A stretch of DNA of 64,000 nucleotides from Laetmonice hystrix (lineage: Eukaryota), in the NCBI GenBank assembly GCA_965235115.1, contig OZ249436.1, forward strand, positions 35,342,001 to 35,406,000, given 5' to 3'. Each line of letters opens with the position of its first letter. The first letter of the stretch is position 1. Shown piece by piece: positions 10,623-23,870 of the stretch. Below the pieces are notes generated by a model. It saw only the letters and a list, made by a program, of their open reading frames with translations, did no database searches and was not told where the DNA came from. Position numbers and translations under genes: made by a program.

Positions 10623-11309
10623 GCTCTGTACAGAGCCGAAGGTCGCCGTTCAGAATTTCCGAGCGTACCCGGACAAATCCTCTGTTTTCCATAAAAAGCC
10701 CTCCCTTGTCTCTATATGTTGATGAAATATTGATAAATAAACTCAAAATAACTTATCTCTCATATCTGCAAGCTGGAAAAGCACGATGCGACACAATAAA
10801 GACAGTCACATCTCTCGAACCGAGAGATTTCAATGCTTGTTGACTGTCGGAGAGATGCATGCTGGGATATCAAAGGCAACGTGGCGGCCGGTAAAACGCC
10901 GTTAAACGGGTGAACTAGACATGAATTTGACATTGTATTATTAGAAACACTGCTTCAGGACCCTGCACACCTACTGTCGAGGTAAATGGATGCCGGTGAG
11001 TTGATCAGTGCAAGCAGTGGTGTGTGGTATGACCTGCCAGGAATATAATTCGGCTGTCTGTAAGCCTTGCTGGCCCGGCGGCAAGGCTTACTACTTAGGC
11101 TATAGGCGAGCAAGCCAAGAAAAGAGTCCAGCCAAAAAACTCCTTGACAAGGCAGTTGAAATACATTTTCTTGTAGACAAACATAATTTGTGTACATGGT
11201 TCCTAAGACTATTATACAGTTTGTTTACCTTTTCTGTATTTCAGGACCTTGAAAAGTTTACAGCCTGGTTAGTGAAGAAGAAACCGTAAAGAAGATCCAG
11301 TAACAGATT

Positions 11310-14300
11310 ATGCTGTCAGCCAAGATGACTCATCTTGTGCATCAAGGAATTTCATCTTATAGGAATATTCTCTCTAGGCTTTGCGGATCTTTTCCCCAAT
11401 TAGGTTTGTTTGTCACATTTAAGTTTACTGTAAATATGTTTAAAACAGTTCTCACTAAAATTTATTAAAACAGTATCTTACATGGATAAGTTGTTTACAT
11501 GAAATCCTACTCTGTGAAGATTGTTGTTCTCCTAGCTGTTGATATCAAATGTAAGCATAGAGCTTGACCGTAGTTTTGCTATGCATGAAAGTTGTCAAAT
11601 GAAAGTACTTTACTGAAATGAACCAATGATGTAGGGTTATCGTGGTAAATCATAGCAATGTCATTCAGCTTTAATTCTGACTGCTACTCTTAAAATTAAG
11701 AGCCTAATAAAAAGATGGGCGGGGCATATAGATGCTTGACTTTATCTACATACACACGGTATTAAAGATAGATCAGCAACAATTTCAAATTTGTGATGCA
11801 CTCTTTTAATTGGTTTGATTTTTCACCTTTATGTTTTATTGTACTTTCAAGGTATAGCAAGAGGTGCATCTTATCAGAGAAGACGTGAATCAAGCAAAGA
11901 TTCCAAGAAGCACCATGAACAGATTAATGAAGCTGAAGAAGTAGAGGATTTTTTCAATCAGTTGGGTCCATCATATGTGGAAGATTTTGTTTCGTGAGTA
12001 TGCAGTAGGAGCAACTTCAGAACAACTTCATGCAAACATCTTAGAGTGTTTTTCATTCTATTAAAATAATTTGGATGTAGTTATCAGATAAAGGGAAGTT
12101 CATTTTAATCTTTTTTCCATATTAGTACCAAAAAAACCTTGGATAAATGGTAGTGTGTTCAAAATATTAGATTTAAAGGGCTAGTGATATACTAGTTTGT
12201 TACTGTAATAAGAAACTTAAAGTTATAGCAAAAATTCCTCATATACTTGCCTTTGAACCTCAGGGACACCATATTAAAAATTCAGGGTCGAAAAATAAGT
12301 AAAAATATGTTAAAAGAGGAATGGCAAAATATGTCTCCGTTGGCTTCCTTGCTAATTCCGCTGCCATGCTCTCTGATCTATAAATAGATTACCGCTTGTT
12401 CCCAGCCTGTGCTGGCTTGAAAAAATAGCGAACAGGCAGTAGGGTAACTTGAAAACCTAACATAACACGGGGGGGGGGGCAGTCCCATGAGAGGCTGTAC
12501 AATTAGCACACAGACAGTGAGGGGTCGAGGGGTTTGGCCTGGTGGTGCAGTGCATGCGCGTTGATAGGTGACTGCAGCCTGCAGGGCTGGCCCTGGGCCT
12601 GGCATGGAGCGCCCACTGAGGCTTTAGTCAAATCCATGCGGCACTTATGGTGGACGTACTGATCTCAGCAATTCCTAGCAACTCCTCATCACTATTGGTG
12701 GTTTTCTGTCTTGGTTTTAACAAATATGGCAGTAAGCTGGCAACACTTCTCTGGAATTCCTATTTGTTACCATCTGAGTCGCTCAATGACGCCATAGATC
12801 TTCGATTGTATGGAGGGATTAGTTCCTCAAAAACTGGAGAGCAGTCGTGCTGTGATTTGTCGCACGGTGACGTCAAATTAGCAGACACTACATATATGGC
12901 AGCATCCACATGCTGAGCAGGCTCTGGCACAAAAATGCTTACAAAATGTATCTTAAATATTTGAGCACCAATTGTGTTCAGTCTTTTCTATCTTGCTTAA
13001 AATTTCACGGCCTGTGTGCCTGGCCATGTACCCACTGGGGGAAGCCTTTTCTTTTAAAAAGGTATATGGCACACATAAATGCATTTTTGTTGAATGATGC
13101 ATTTGTTTGTTCAATTCAGGAAAGAAGTGAAAAGGCAGAAGACGCTCAAGTTCAAAATTATCCAAAAGAAATACTTCAGAGAAAAGCCCGAAGCAAACCT
13201 TCTTACTTGGGATGCAAAGGAACAAATTCGATACCTACATCAGGAATTTCCAGAAGAATGGACCATTGAACGTCTTGCAGAAAGTTTCCCAATCAGCATT
13301 GCTGGTGTTAGGAGATTACTAAAATCAATGTGGTACCCAATGACCTTGGCTGAAGTAGTGAAGCACGACACCCGTGTTCAGAAACAGTGGAAGCTGCTAA
13401 AATCAGAGAGTCATCAAGATGGGGGCCCAGTTCTAACACGCTACCAGAACCTTCTCCAGGGGGGCAAGTTAAAAAATGCAGCTGGTGTTGCATTCCTACC
13501 TGCCCCAGCCAGACGAGACCTACTTATGGATGGAAGCAGCCCAATGTCCCTTGCCGACAGGACAGAGCCTGGACCATTCGAAAAAATAGTAAAAGATTAC
13601 TGTGAGAAAAAGCAGCAAGAGAAGGACAGATATGAAAAACAGGCGGAATTAGTCGACGAGAAACTGGTGAAATTGAAGGAAGATAGTCTAAGGGTTCTCT
13701 GTGATGTCACTAAAAATGTCCAGGCTCGAAGACTGAATCCAGGCTTAGAAGATCCTATTGCTTCTCAACAAGTACCGGTAGGTCAGGCAAGATTGAAGGC
13801 CAATAAGGAGACGCATAAGCCAAGAAACCTCCATCAGAGTATGTTGGACGCTGTACCTTCCTCTCAGAGCCTCACCTTTGGGGAAGGCAGTGCCATCTTG
13901 GAGGGACTTGACGACATATCAGGATTCTCTGAGGCACCAGTCCCTGCAGGTCCAATGACACCCAGTGACGGTCACCAACCACCAAGTCCAAGGAAAGGAC
14001 TTAGGAGGAAGGCGTTGTCAGCTTCAATTTCCAGTGAAACCCTTCAGATGCATGGGACTGGCAAATTACTCCCAGAGTCCCATGATGACCCAGATATCTC
14101 CAGTGAAGACACCAGAGGTTTCGCTATTGTGGACAAAGGGGACGACTATGAATGTACCCTGCCTCAGACGACCACGCCGAGGATGCGGCGTCACCCAGAG
14201 GGGGAGGAATCCCGTATCTGGGAGGAGCTTCGTTACGACACCCCAGTTGATTACAGTGATGACCCTGAGGCATATCTCTACAGTGAGCAGAGGGGTTATC

Positions 14301-14437
14301 AGCATCCCCTAGGCAAGAAAGATAGAGAGCTAGATAAGGTGAAGATACCCCATCAACAAAAGGCTCAAGGTCGGCTTTATAAAAAGGGAAATTCCTTTTA
14401 TGATGAAGATGGTAACCTACTTTACAGAGTCCCATAA
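11310..14437 (+). CDS. NGRN: Neugrin (mitochondrial ribosome assembly factor); coding exons 11310-11403, 11852-11993, 13120-14437
   Basis: Neugrin motif LTWDAKEQIRYLHQEFPEEWTIERLAESF..S...VRRLLKS and conserved C-terminus FYDEDGNLLYRVP. N-terminus MLSAKMTHLVHQGISSYRNILSRL resembles a mitochondrial presequence. Splice phases are consistent. Confidence 0.88.
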
Positions 14438-17186
14438 GTGGCCCCTGATGAAGAAACTTTAGATACAATCTATAAAATACTGTATAAAGACCAAAAATGT
14501 AGCCAAACCCCCAAAACAACCAATCTGTCATAATTATGTAAACACGTGGATATAAGTGTTTGGTGTGATTTGGGTGGAGTTTCAGTCAGGTTAAAATATT
14601 TTATTGGTGGTTATTAAAAATCGAAAACTAAACATAGGTTTTTAGCATCTTTATTGCTTACTCTTGATGATAAACGGTAAACGGTACAATAAATAGTGGC
14701 AAACATTTAGTCTGGCACTTTGACACATTTATTTATTCTTTTCTGGCACTTTTAGAAGTTCATCTGGGGTCTGAAGGATTGTTTTCGCCACTCTGTCTTA
14801 TTGTAAGTAAACACTCGAATTGGACTGCATTAGATCACAATGAGGTAATATCTGTTGTCATATGGATGCATTATACTGAATGGTGGTACAGTACAGCTTA
14901 GAAATTGTGACCACCCATTATAATTTAGGAGAATTTCCAACTGCATTTTGGGAAGAGTTATGGGATTTTTTCTATTTTGATGGGGGAATATCATGATATC
15001 GTGGCCCAACCTGATCCCATTACACTATTACATGCATGTAGATTTTCCAAGCTGATGAAAATTCCAGAACCGCTACTGAACTGATTCATCAATGTGTAAA
15101 CTCCTTTGTATACTACCAGCACTCTGACACAGACACTTACTAGTATACAGGTGACGTATTTTGTAGGGACAACAAACCGAGATACATTTATAAATAGGCC
15201 CTGGACAGTATAAGCCGATGAACCGTGACCCATCTAATGTCCATCAGGGCCGTAAATCAGGGGGGGGGGCTAGGGGCCCCCCCCAATATTTTCAGTGTTG
15301 CCTAATAATTATCCTCCTTTACCAGGGAGAACCTTGGATCTGTTCGTCGAGCCCCCTCAATAATTTGATGGAAATTACGGGCCTGCCCATGCCCATAAAC
15401 ATTATCATGCTGTTTCCCTCCAAATGATGTCACTGCATAACCTCTATATAATCTGGCTTTTAGAAATGGCAAGAGTTAGACACCTGAAATTGAAACATCA
15501 CCGGTATCTGCCAAGTATATAATTCACCAAGGCACGACCAATACCATTAATAAACTCAGTAATGTTCCTACTTAAAACAAGCAGTCACAGACATGCCATG
15601 CAAATGGAGAGTTTCCTTTTTGTAAACTCATCTAAGTGTAAATTTATCCATTAGGGGAAAAATGAATTCATCTGAAGGACTAGAATAACTGTTGTGGAGT
15701 CAAAATACCAGATGGAACAAGCATAACATTCATCTGCAAAGAATTCTGCACAAGCACCTCATGTTGTATTGCTGTACAATGGTTGTGTCAAACCCTAGAC
15801 TTCGCCAAATGTTAACAAAAATTGCTCCGTACAACTGTTGCTGTAGCCTTATTTCTAAGCTACTTGTCTTATATCTCCTTGGCCGAACAATGCCAGTCTA
15901 GCCAATAGTAACATAATAGGCTAAGCCATATAATATGATGTTAATATGACACAGAAGAACGTCTGAATTAGCCAAGGATGCTAACTTCGAATGTGCTCAT
16001 GGACAGTATGATCTGTAGTCAGCACCGTTAGTCTATGCAAGTGTATGAAGACAGAAACGTCGTAAGGTACATGTGAGTTTTAAGGCAAGTAACTGCATAG
16101 TAGTAGTATGAGCAAGTAGATCAATACAGAAGAATGGAAGCTCCAAGTCTGCATGAATCTCATGACATGACAAGTCTGAGAGGACACCTACCAGCATGCC
16201 GACTACATTTAGGGCATGAGAAAACAATTCACAGAAACACATTACTACAAAACCTTTCTTCCTCTCTTGAATTTTGTAAGAATGCGGTGCATTCTTTGCC
16301 CTAGTACACGTACCGTGGAGGTAGTTGCCTAAGTAAATACAATGTAGTGTAAATTACAGCCTCTCATTGTGCTAACTTTGCAATACATGTACAGACATAT
16401 AATAAATCCTACATTCATTACTTCCCACAAAGTACAGGACCGTAAAATGTTCCCTACTAAACCTGCATTTAGTATTGGGTATACATGTATTAAATGCCAA
16501 TAAATACACAGCATGGAGAATACCATCCAAATCTAAATGGACCAAAGCAATGAAACCTGTCTCGTGTTCACACACAACATAACATGAATTGACATTCCTA
16601 GTAGCATTTCTTAAATCGGTTGTAAAAAAGAAAAGTAGCAAAGTTTCCCAGACAGGATCACTGCAGTTTCTGGATATTTTTATCAGGTAGTTGACTGACA
16701 CCCAAGGCATGGAACCTTTAAAAGAATTCTAGGTTTTACAGAAATGAGCATCATGATAAAATAACCCAAATTTGAGTTGGACAATGGGCAACACCACTTC
16801 TTATCACTGCTATACGACCAGTATTCTAAAATTACTACTGGCTTTATTTGATAAGCCCATTCACTATCACTATCTGCAAAATAGAAAAAGACGTGGAATG
16901 ATACAAATCGGAAAAATTAGAAGAAAAAACTCCCAATAATGGGCAACCACTTGACATCTATCACAATAGTTTTACTGTACACCACAACTATAATACTGGC
17001 CTGTGTATAAGGAATACTAAATTAATGATACCCAATATTCATCATTTCCAGACTAATTTTGTAGCAGCATTAAAAAAACATGTTGGAACAGGTGTTTTTA
17101 AGTAGTAAATGCTGACTTTAAAGCAATGCTCTAGACTTGCCTCCATGAATCACTTAATCTTCTCCATTCTAGAATACATATGTCGC

Positions 17187-17560
17187 TAAGGTCTTCCAGA
17201 CTTCGTCCATGGTCTGTACATAAAGTCTCTTCTCCTGAGTGCATGGTATGTCAGTAAGGTCTTCCAGACTTCGTCCATGGTCTGTACATAAAGTCTCTTC
17301 TCCTGAGTGCATGGTATGTCAGTAAGGTCTTCCAGACTTCGTCCATGGTCTGTACATAAAGTCTCTTCTCCTGAGTGCATGGTATGTCAGTAAGGTCTTC
17401 CAGACTTTGTCCATGGTCTGTACATAGTAAGGTAAGGTCTTCCAGACTTTGTCCATGGTCTGTACATAGTAAGGTAAGGTCTTCCAGACTTTGTCCATGG
17501 TCTGTACATAAAGTCTCTTATCCTGAGTGCATGGTATGGCAGTTAGGTCTTCCTGACCTT
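17187..17560. repeat. Minisatellite, ~68-bp unit with shorter variants, just past the PIGO stop
   Basis: Tandem taaggtcttccagactt(c/t)gtccatggtctgtacata(aagtctcttctcctgagtgcatggtatgtcag), about 6 copies. Confidence 0.95.
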
Positions 17561-17645
17561 TAATTTCTAGATTGTATGTGGTCTGTGCAGATCAGCCTCA
17601 AACTCAAAAAACAAAGGTCTTGGGAGTCACCAGTTTATGACCAGT

Positions 17646-20600
17646 TCATACTTGTAACTTCTCCAGTTTGTTCACCCATGAGGCTATTGCTGCATTGACA
17701 CGTAGAATGAATAAATACATTAAAAGTATGAGAAATGAGAGCAACAGCCAGGTTACACCTTCAAAGACGAAGCGAGGAGCAAAGATTTTCCAAACCATCA
17801 GGTGGCGGCGGTGTAGGGCTGCAGCAGCCATTGTTCCGATCAACTGAAAGGAAACAGGTGAAAACCTTCAGGGTACTCCAACAAGTTTGAGATGATAAAG
17901 TAATACTACAAAGGCCAAAGAAGCAACCAGTCTGAGTAGGCAGGAGTGTCATACATTTTTGAGTATTTATTCCATCTAGCAATACCAAAGATTATAGATA
18001 TCTCAAATAAAGTTAAATTTTAAATCATATTAAATACTGATATCGTATACTGCTCCGTGAATTGTTATGCAAAAAGCTTGAAAATGTAATAGTTCTTTAA
18101 TGGCTACTTTTACATGGAGCCTTTGCTTTTCAAAATTTGGCTAACAGGCAAAAATCTTCGCCACAATCCTTCATGATGCAGCACTATAACTATCATACTA
18201 CATGTATTTGAAGGGCTCTACATAGGGAACTTTTTATACCACTATACTACTGAATATTCTTCAGTCAACTTACCTTGATTGCATGATAGAGCATAAAGCC
18301 AACCATCAGCCTGAAAAGGCTGCTGCAAAGGAGTTGCTTGTTTTCATGCAATACATATTCTCCACGTTTTTGTCCAATGTTTTCAGTATCCTGTGAATAA
18401 TCACTACATTTACTGTAGACACACAGAATACTCTCTCTGACCATAGGCCAAAACAGCAGCAGGGGTAAACCTACCACTGCCAGTATGGGACCGGCAAATG
18501 TATTCAGTGTAATTAAGACAACTGGGATAATGTAATTCTCAAAGTCTCCATGAAAGCCGGTATATGCTGCTTCCCAGCGAATGGTAGTCACGGTGGTTTG
18601 GTGACCAGTTGAAAAGAAGAAGTGAGATCCAACAAGCCCCCATAAAACGATGCTGCACCATGGCACTCCAATACGGTCTGTTCAAGCAACAAAACATAAT
18701 TTGTTTTATAACTTTAAAGTTAATGATGGCAAGTTAATAAACATAATAGCAAGTTAAACAACAAATACAAGTATATATAGATGCTCTAAAAAGATATTAT
18801 CACAAAAAAGGTACAAATGGTTGAAAGTCATCCAACACACCTTGTTCTTGAACAGATATGTATGCTGCATGAATCTCCAGTACCAGGCCCATTAGTGCCA
18901 TCTGTATCATCATGGCAGGGGCCACCCCGTCTCCTAGCAACAGCGCCAATCCCACAGCCACCAGGGTTGTCACGACAATAACACTTGAGGAGAAGACAGT
19001 AGCTAAACCATACACAACTGGGACCTTGCTTTCATTGTCTTTTCCTGTACCACCTCCAGGTCGAAGATGACTCTTCCAGTGAAGTTTAAGATGATTATAG
19101 AATCGAGGTATTGGATTGTTGTCTCCACATTTTGGCAACAAAAGCTCGGGCTTTTTGGACTGGAAATAACTATAGATACAGAGTGGATTCACAGTCACTA
19201 TAAGTATAGAGAAACTAACAAGAGCTAAGACTATGCGGGGCAGGGAGACAACCTGCCAAGCTGGCAGAGTATCGAGAATCTTCTCCGGCAGTCCCAGCAG
19301 GGCCCAGTAGAGGCACATGCAGACTATGCTGGCTGGGACAGCATACAGTGTCACGAACACTGCTGGTGAGAATCCATTCAGGTTGCCATGGTGTCGCATC
19401 CATTTGTGAACAATTACTGGGATTGCCACCATACTGATAACGGAGAGAAAGTATCGTAGATTTTTATACCCTGCCAGATCATTAGTTAAGGTTGCCAGGG
19501 GTTGCAGGAAACTTGATAAGTCACAGGTCCACTGCTCTTCTCGACATGCCCTAAAAATATATACTACCCTGACACCAACATTGAGCAGAATCATACCAAC
19601 TAGAAGGATCCCTCTATGAGAGGTTAGGACTCTTCCGATATCAAATGCCACTTTCTTGCCGCTTTTGGATGAAGACCAAGAAGATGCTCTAACTTCAGTG
19701 GGATGACTTTTGGCAAGGTCTCGGCTGATCTGATAGAAAATTATACAGCATACTGATGGGATTAGAAAGGCAACAACAGAATCTTCAAACACCACGAAAC
19801 TGTTGGAGAACATTGCTGCAGCATACATCAGCATACACAGTGATGTGACATTACTGGACAGGAATGAACTATAATCATAAACAGGGTCTTCATTCTCATC
19901 TGTTTCTCCAACTGTGCTCCCTGAATCTCCTGATGTCAGCTTCTGGTTTTGTTGGAAAGATGTTGTAAGCACCCTGGCAACAATGTGGGTTGATATACCG
20001 ATGGCGGGCATCCCAAGGCTGATAGAAGCGATCAGTCCAGTGGTTCCTAACCCTACCATGTAGAGAAAGGCAAAGAACAGGACTACCCAGCCTGAACCTA
20101 CCACTGCAGCATAGACCCTGACACAACATGCATCCCAGTTGGAGTCTGCTACCACAACCACATACGCCATCACGATTACCGACACCAAGGTGGCCAGAAA
20201 ACCAAGCAGCATACATGGATGGTCAAACTTAGCCCAGATGCTCTGGCACATACGCCTGGCATCGGTGAGAAATCGCAAGTACTCGTCTCTAAGTCTTTCC
20301 AGGTTTTCCTCAAGATGCCGCTCATCACCCTCTATTTGCAACAAGGTGAGCATTTCTTGTAACTGTGTCTCACAACGACGGAAGAGGAAGTCCAGCTCTG
20401 CAAGCTCTATGTATGGGAATTCATCCGATATCGCACTGTAAGCTTGTAGGTACTCATGCACCTGATGAGCATTCAGACGGAGTGCCTTTACTGCATGATA
20501 TGTCTATCAAAAAGAAAAAAAGGGGAATCTTAGGTGTTAATGTCTGGCATAAACATGCTAAAATTACATATAAACTGTAAAGTGTCTAGACTTCCATTTG

Positions 20601-23356
20601 CCTGTTCCCAACTACCATGCTCAAATATCTCCCTGGTACAGTGATAGAAGCTGTACTCATTGACTGGTTGTTGAGCTGGCTTTGACTTGAACAGCCAGTG
20701 AGCTTCATGGGTTCATCGCCCAAAGAATTTCATTGGCTGTTAAATGCCAGGTAAACGATTTTGTCAACAAGTTACAACCAACCATAAGACATTTGCTTCA
20801 TATTCTACAACAGGCAACTGGAATGTAGAATTTTTTTTTTAAATTCTTCTATGGGTATACCCCGGTACATTTATTGATTATGTAAGGCCTTATCTAACGG
20901 AACAGCCCATGTCTGCATTTTGAATTCATTGAAATGAGAGATACTCAGTGATTACTTTAACACTCCGTGATATAGAATTATTATGTCATATGGTGACACT
21001 AACCTGCTTCACTTTGTTGTTGTCACTCTTCCACCATGGACAGTAAGTAAACAGGTCAGTGATGAGACTACCCAGATTAGCCATTGGGATGGGCAGCCCC
21101 AGAAGCAGCGACAATGTTGGCACCAAATCTACTTGAGCCACAGCCTTATGACGACCCTGGCAAAAGATTAAAGAAGCTACAATTTGATGTTTGTGACACT
21201 TTGGATATCAATAACCAATTTTGATGATTCCAATTTAAAACAACATTTCAAGAAGGCACAGGAATGTCAACAGAGAGAAAAATATAAAAAATTGCAAAAA
21301 ACTCTTGGGCAAATTTTGACACCTTGCTGCCCTTTGGCACATCATATTTACTGGAAAATAATCTAGATTGAAAAACTTGTGCTAAGGTGATTGTAATGGC
21401 TGCCGCAGGCTATACGATTCTAGTTGTGAGCTCCCTCAGACTATACTTTCAGGTTCCTAGTGATCGCATAGGGCATGCACACCAAGTTTACCTTTTGTGG
21501 TGGCATGGCAGTGATTCGAGATGGACTGTGTACAAACAGGGCTGCCTCAAGCTCATCTGGACTATCTCCACCGTGATCCCCTGACCGTGTCATTCCATGG
21601 TCTCCCATTACTATCAACACCGTATCCTGCTTTAACTCTTTCACAACAGATCTGCATAAAAGAAGAAAAAAGTGTAAAATGCATCATCAACATTGGATCA
21701 TTAAACAGTATTGCAATGTGCATTGTGAATATTGATATATAACAGAAAGGTTATTCATAACCATTAAATACATGTACTATAGTCAGAGGGTCAGAGCTTC
21801 TGGCAAGTCAATGCGTCTGGTGGTTAGTCAGAGTGTCTGGTGGGGTTGGTCAGATTGTTCGGGCCTGTTGGCTAGCCTGTCAGAAGTGACCTCGGCAATC
21901 ACGATTGAATATGCTGCCTGATTTTTTGAACATGGACCATAATTTAGCTCAAGTATGTTAGTTTGAGGTTCTTATATCATCAGTGAGGCTGCGAATAAGT
22001 TGAAATGGATGACACTGGGTGACAAGCCACAGGACTAGTGCACTAGTCTCAAGAAAATTTCTGCTAGTCCCAACACATTTATGAATGTATATGATGTTAA
22101 TTGAATTTATTGATGACTCTGCATGTAGTAGGCCTTTATAAAGAGCTGAAAAGTACCATCATGTCATGGATTTCTCTTATAAGTTGCATTCATTTATTCA
22201 AAGTACAGTTCCGGGTACAATTTTCATCAAAACGGCTCTAAAAGGTTAGTCGCCCCACTGGTGAGTACCTATTGGAAGTCTCGACGTCGGGAGCACTCGC
22301 CTAGGCGAGCAGGCGAGTGGATCTCCTGACTCCTGCAACAGCCATGCTCAGCTGGCGTTGACTGACATCAGCCTGTGCCCAGGTGAGCCCTTGCTCAGTC
22401 ACTTGGCCACGGGGACTGTGGAAGAGGACTGGGGAAGCCGTGATGGACACTTGACTTATACCCCAGAGGCAATGACTCATGTCGCAGATGCATTGAGCAT
22501 AGGACACTTTAACCAACCCCCATAATTTACTCTAATAAAGTTACATAATTTTATCAAGTCATATCTATCCATATACATCCAAAACAAAATACCTCAGAAC
22601 CTTGTCCATCTGGGTAAGTTTTTCAGCCATGGCTGGGTGATTAGGACCATATCTGTGGCCGCAATGATCAACGCCGAGAAAATGGGCTATGAGCACATCC
22701 CAATCTTTACGTTTGAGTTCAGGCACTAAATGAGCTATTACACCATTATCTACAGTATGAAGATCTTTAACATTTAAGGAGGGATAGGCAAATGTTTTTT
22801 TAAAGCGATCTGGAAATAGACCGGTCCATGTATCATCCCCCATAAATGTTATGGAATTGTTTGCTATGATCAGCTGATCAATTATGTTATCTTCGCTTAT
22901 TTCAGAACTAGCAAAATTTGAGCCCGCATCAACAAATGTTGGCAGACTACCCGTAGTAAGTCCCTTCAGTCTTTGTAGGGTGGTGGTTGGAGGATCGGCA
23001 AAGAACTGGTATAATCGACTCTGATCTGGTTTCTTCCTCAGCAGTTCCCGAATTATTTTCAGTTTGTTCTGATATGGCAGTTCATTTGCTGTCCTAACTG
23101 ATGAATTAAACACTGCAAAATCGTATCGTAATGCATCGATTATAATGATGACAGCCCGCTTAAACCGACGGTGCATCCAACATCCGTCGTGGTCGCCATG
23201 CTTGTCACTTTTCATAGTGAAGTTGACATCACAACGCGCTATTTCTTCGACTACAAGTCGTTTTAGAAGGAACCCTTTCGTGAAGAGGAGCAGTCCTCCT
23301 GCGGTTAACACTGCAAACCACAGCAGAATGATAAAATATCGCTTTTCTGGCTTCAT
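17646..23356 (-). CDS. PIGO: GPI ethanolamine phosphate transferase 3; exons 23356-22593, 21651-21492, 21156-21004, 20503-18841, 18677-18274, 17843-17646
   Basis: FTKGFLL, IIDALRYDF, ADPPTTTLQRLKGLTTGSLPTF, HFLGVDHCGH, GDHGMT..GDHGGDS, QVDLVPTLSLLLGLPIP, FFSTGHQ, RRHLMVWKIFAPRFVFE. Splice phases checked. Confidence 0.95.
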
Positions 23357-23870
23357 CCTAGCTGTTAAGTGCTGAAAAAATCACAAAAGCCACCTCCCTA
23401 CGACACCCCACCCGTCCAAGGAGGTTGACATGTTTACAGTCTGCATCATTCATTGAGCTCAATTTCGATTGGCTAAAAATGAAAGAAACCTCTTGCACCA
23501 TCTGGCGGCGAAACCGGATAACAATGTTCACGGACCTAACGACTTCGATACTGACTGCGGCTTCGTGATGTATGTTCTGTGGTACTGGGGACCCTGTATT
23601 GTCCAAACTAGTACAGAATATCGTACTTATTAGTTCTCTGCGCGTAGCCGTAACGTTAGGCCATAGCCTTTACGTCTATGGTTAGGCTAACTTAGGGGAG
23701 TCCGAAGTTGATCGCGCCGTCGCCTCAGTGCCAGTGGCGCCATCTGCTGACAATCAAGGCCCTCGTAAGAGATGTGTGCGCATGCGCTACGACCTTCACC
23801 CTCCAGTCGATTGATAGACTGTGGCAGTGACGAGACGTAGGCTTTTGTAACAAAAGTCAAGATCGTCAAA
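23357..23870. promoter_or_regulatory. Putative bidirectional promoter region between PIGO and ETFA
   Basis: Start codons diverge about 0.5 kb apart (23356 and 23871). CpG-richer, with a CTCF-like ggcgccatctgctg (23736-23749) and an NRF1-like tgcgcatgcgc (~23777). Confidence 0.6.

Noticed and set aside
13400..14437. Long neugrin C-terminal region as a novel fusion
   Set aside because: It is a low-complexity linker ending in the usual neugrin FYD..G..LYR motif; no extra domain is recognisable.
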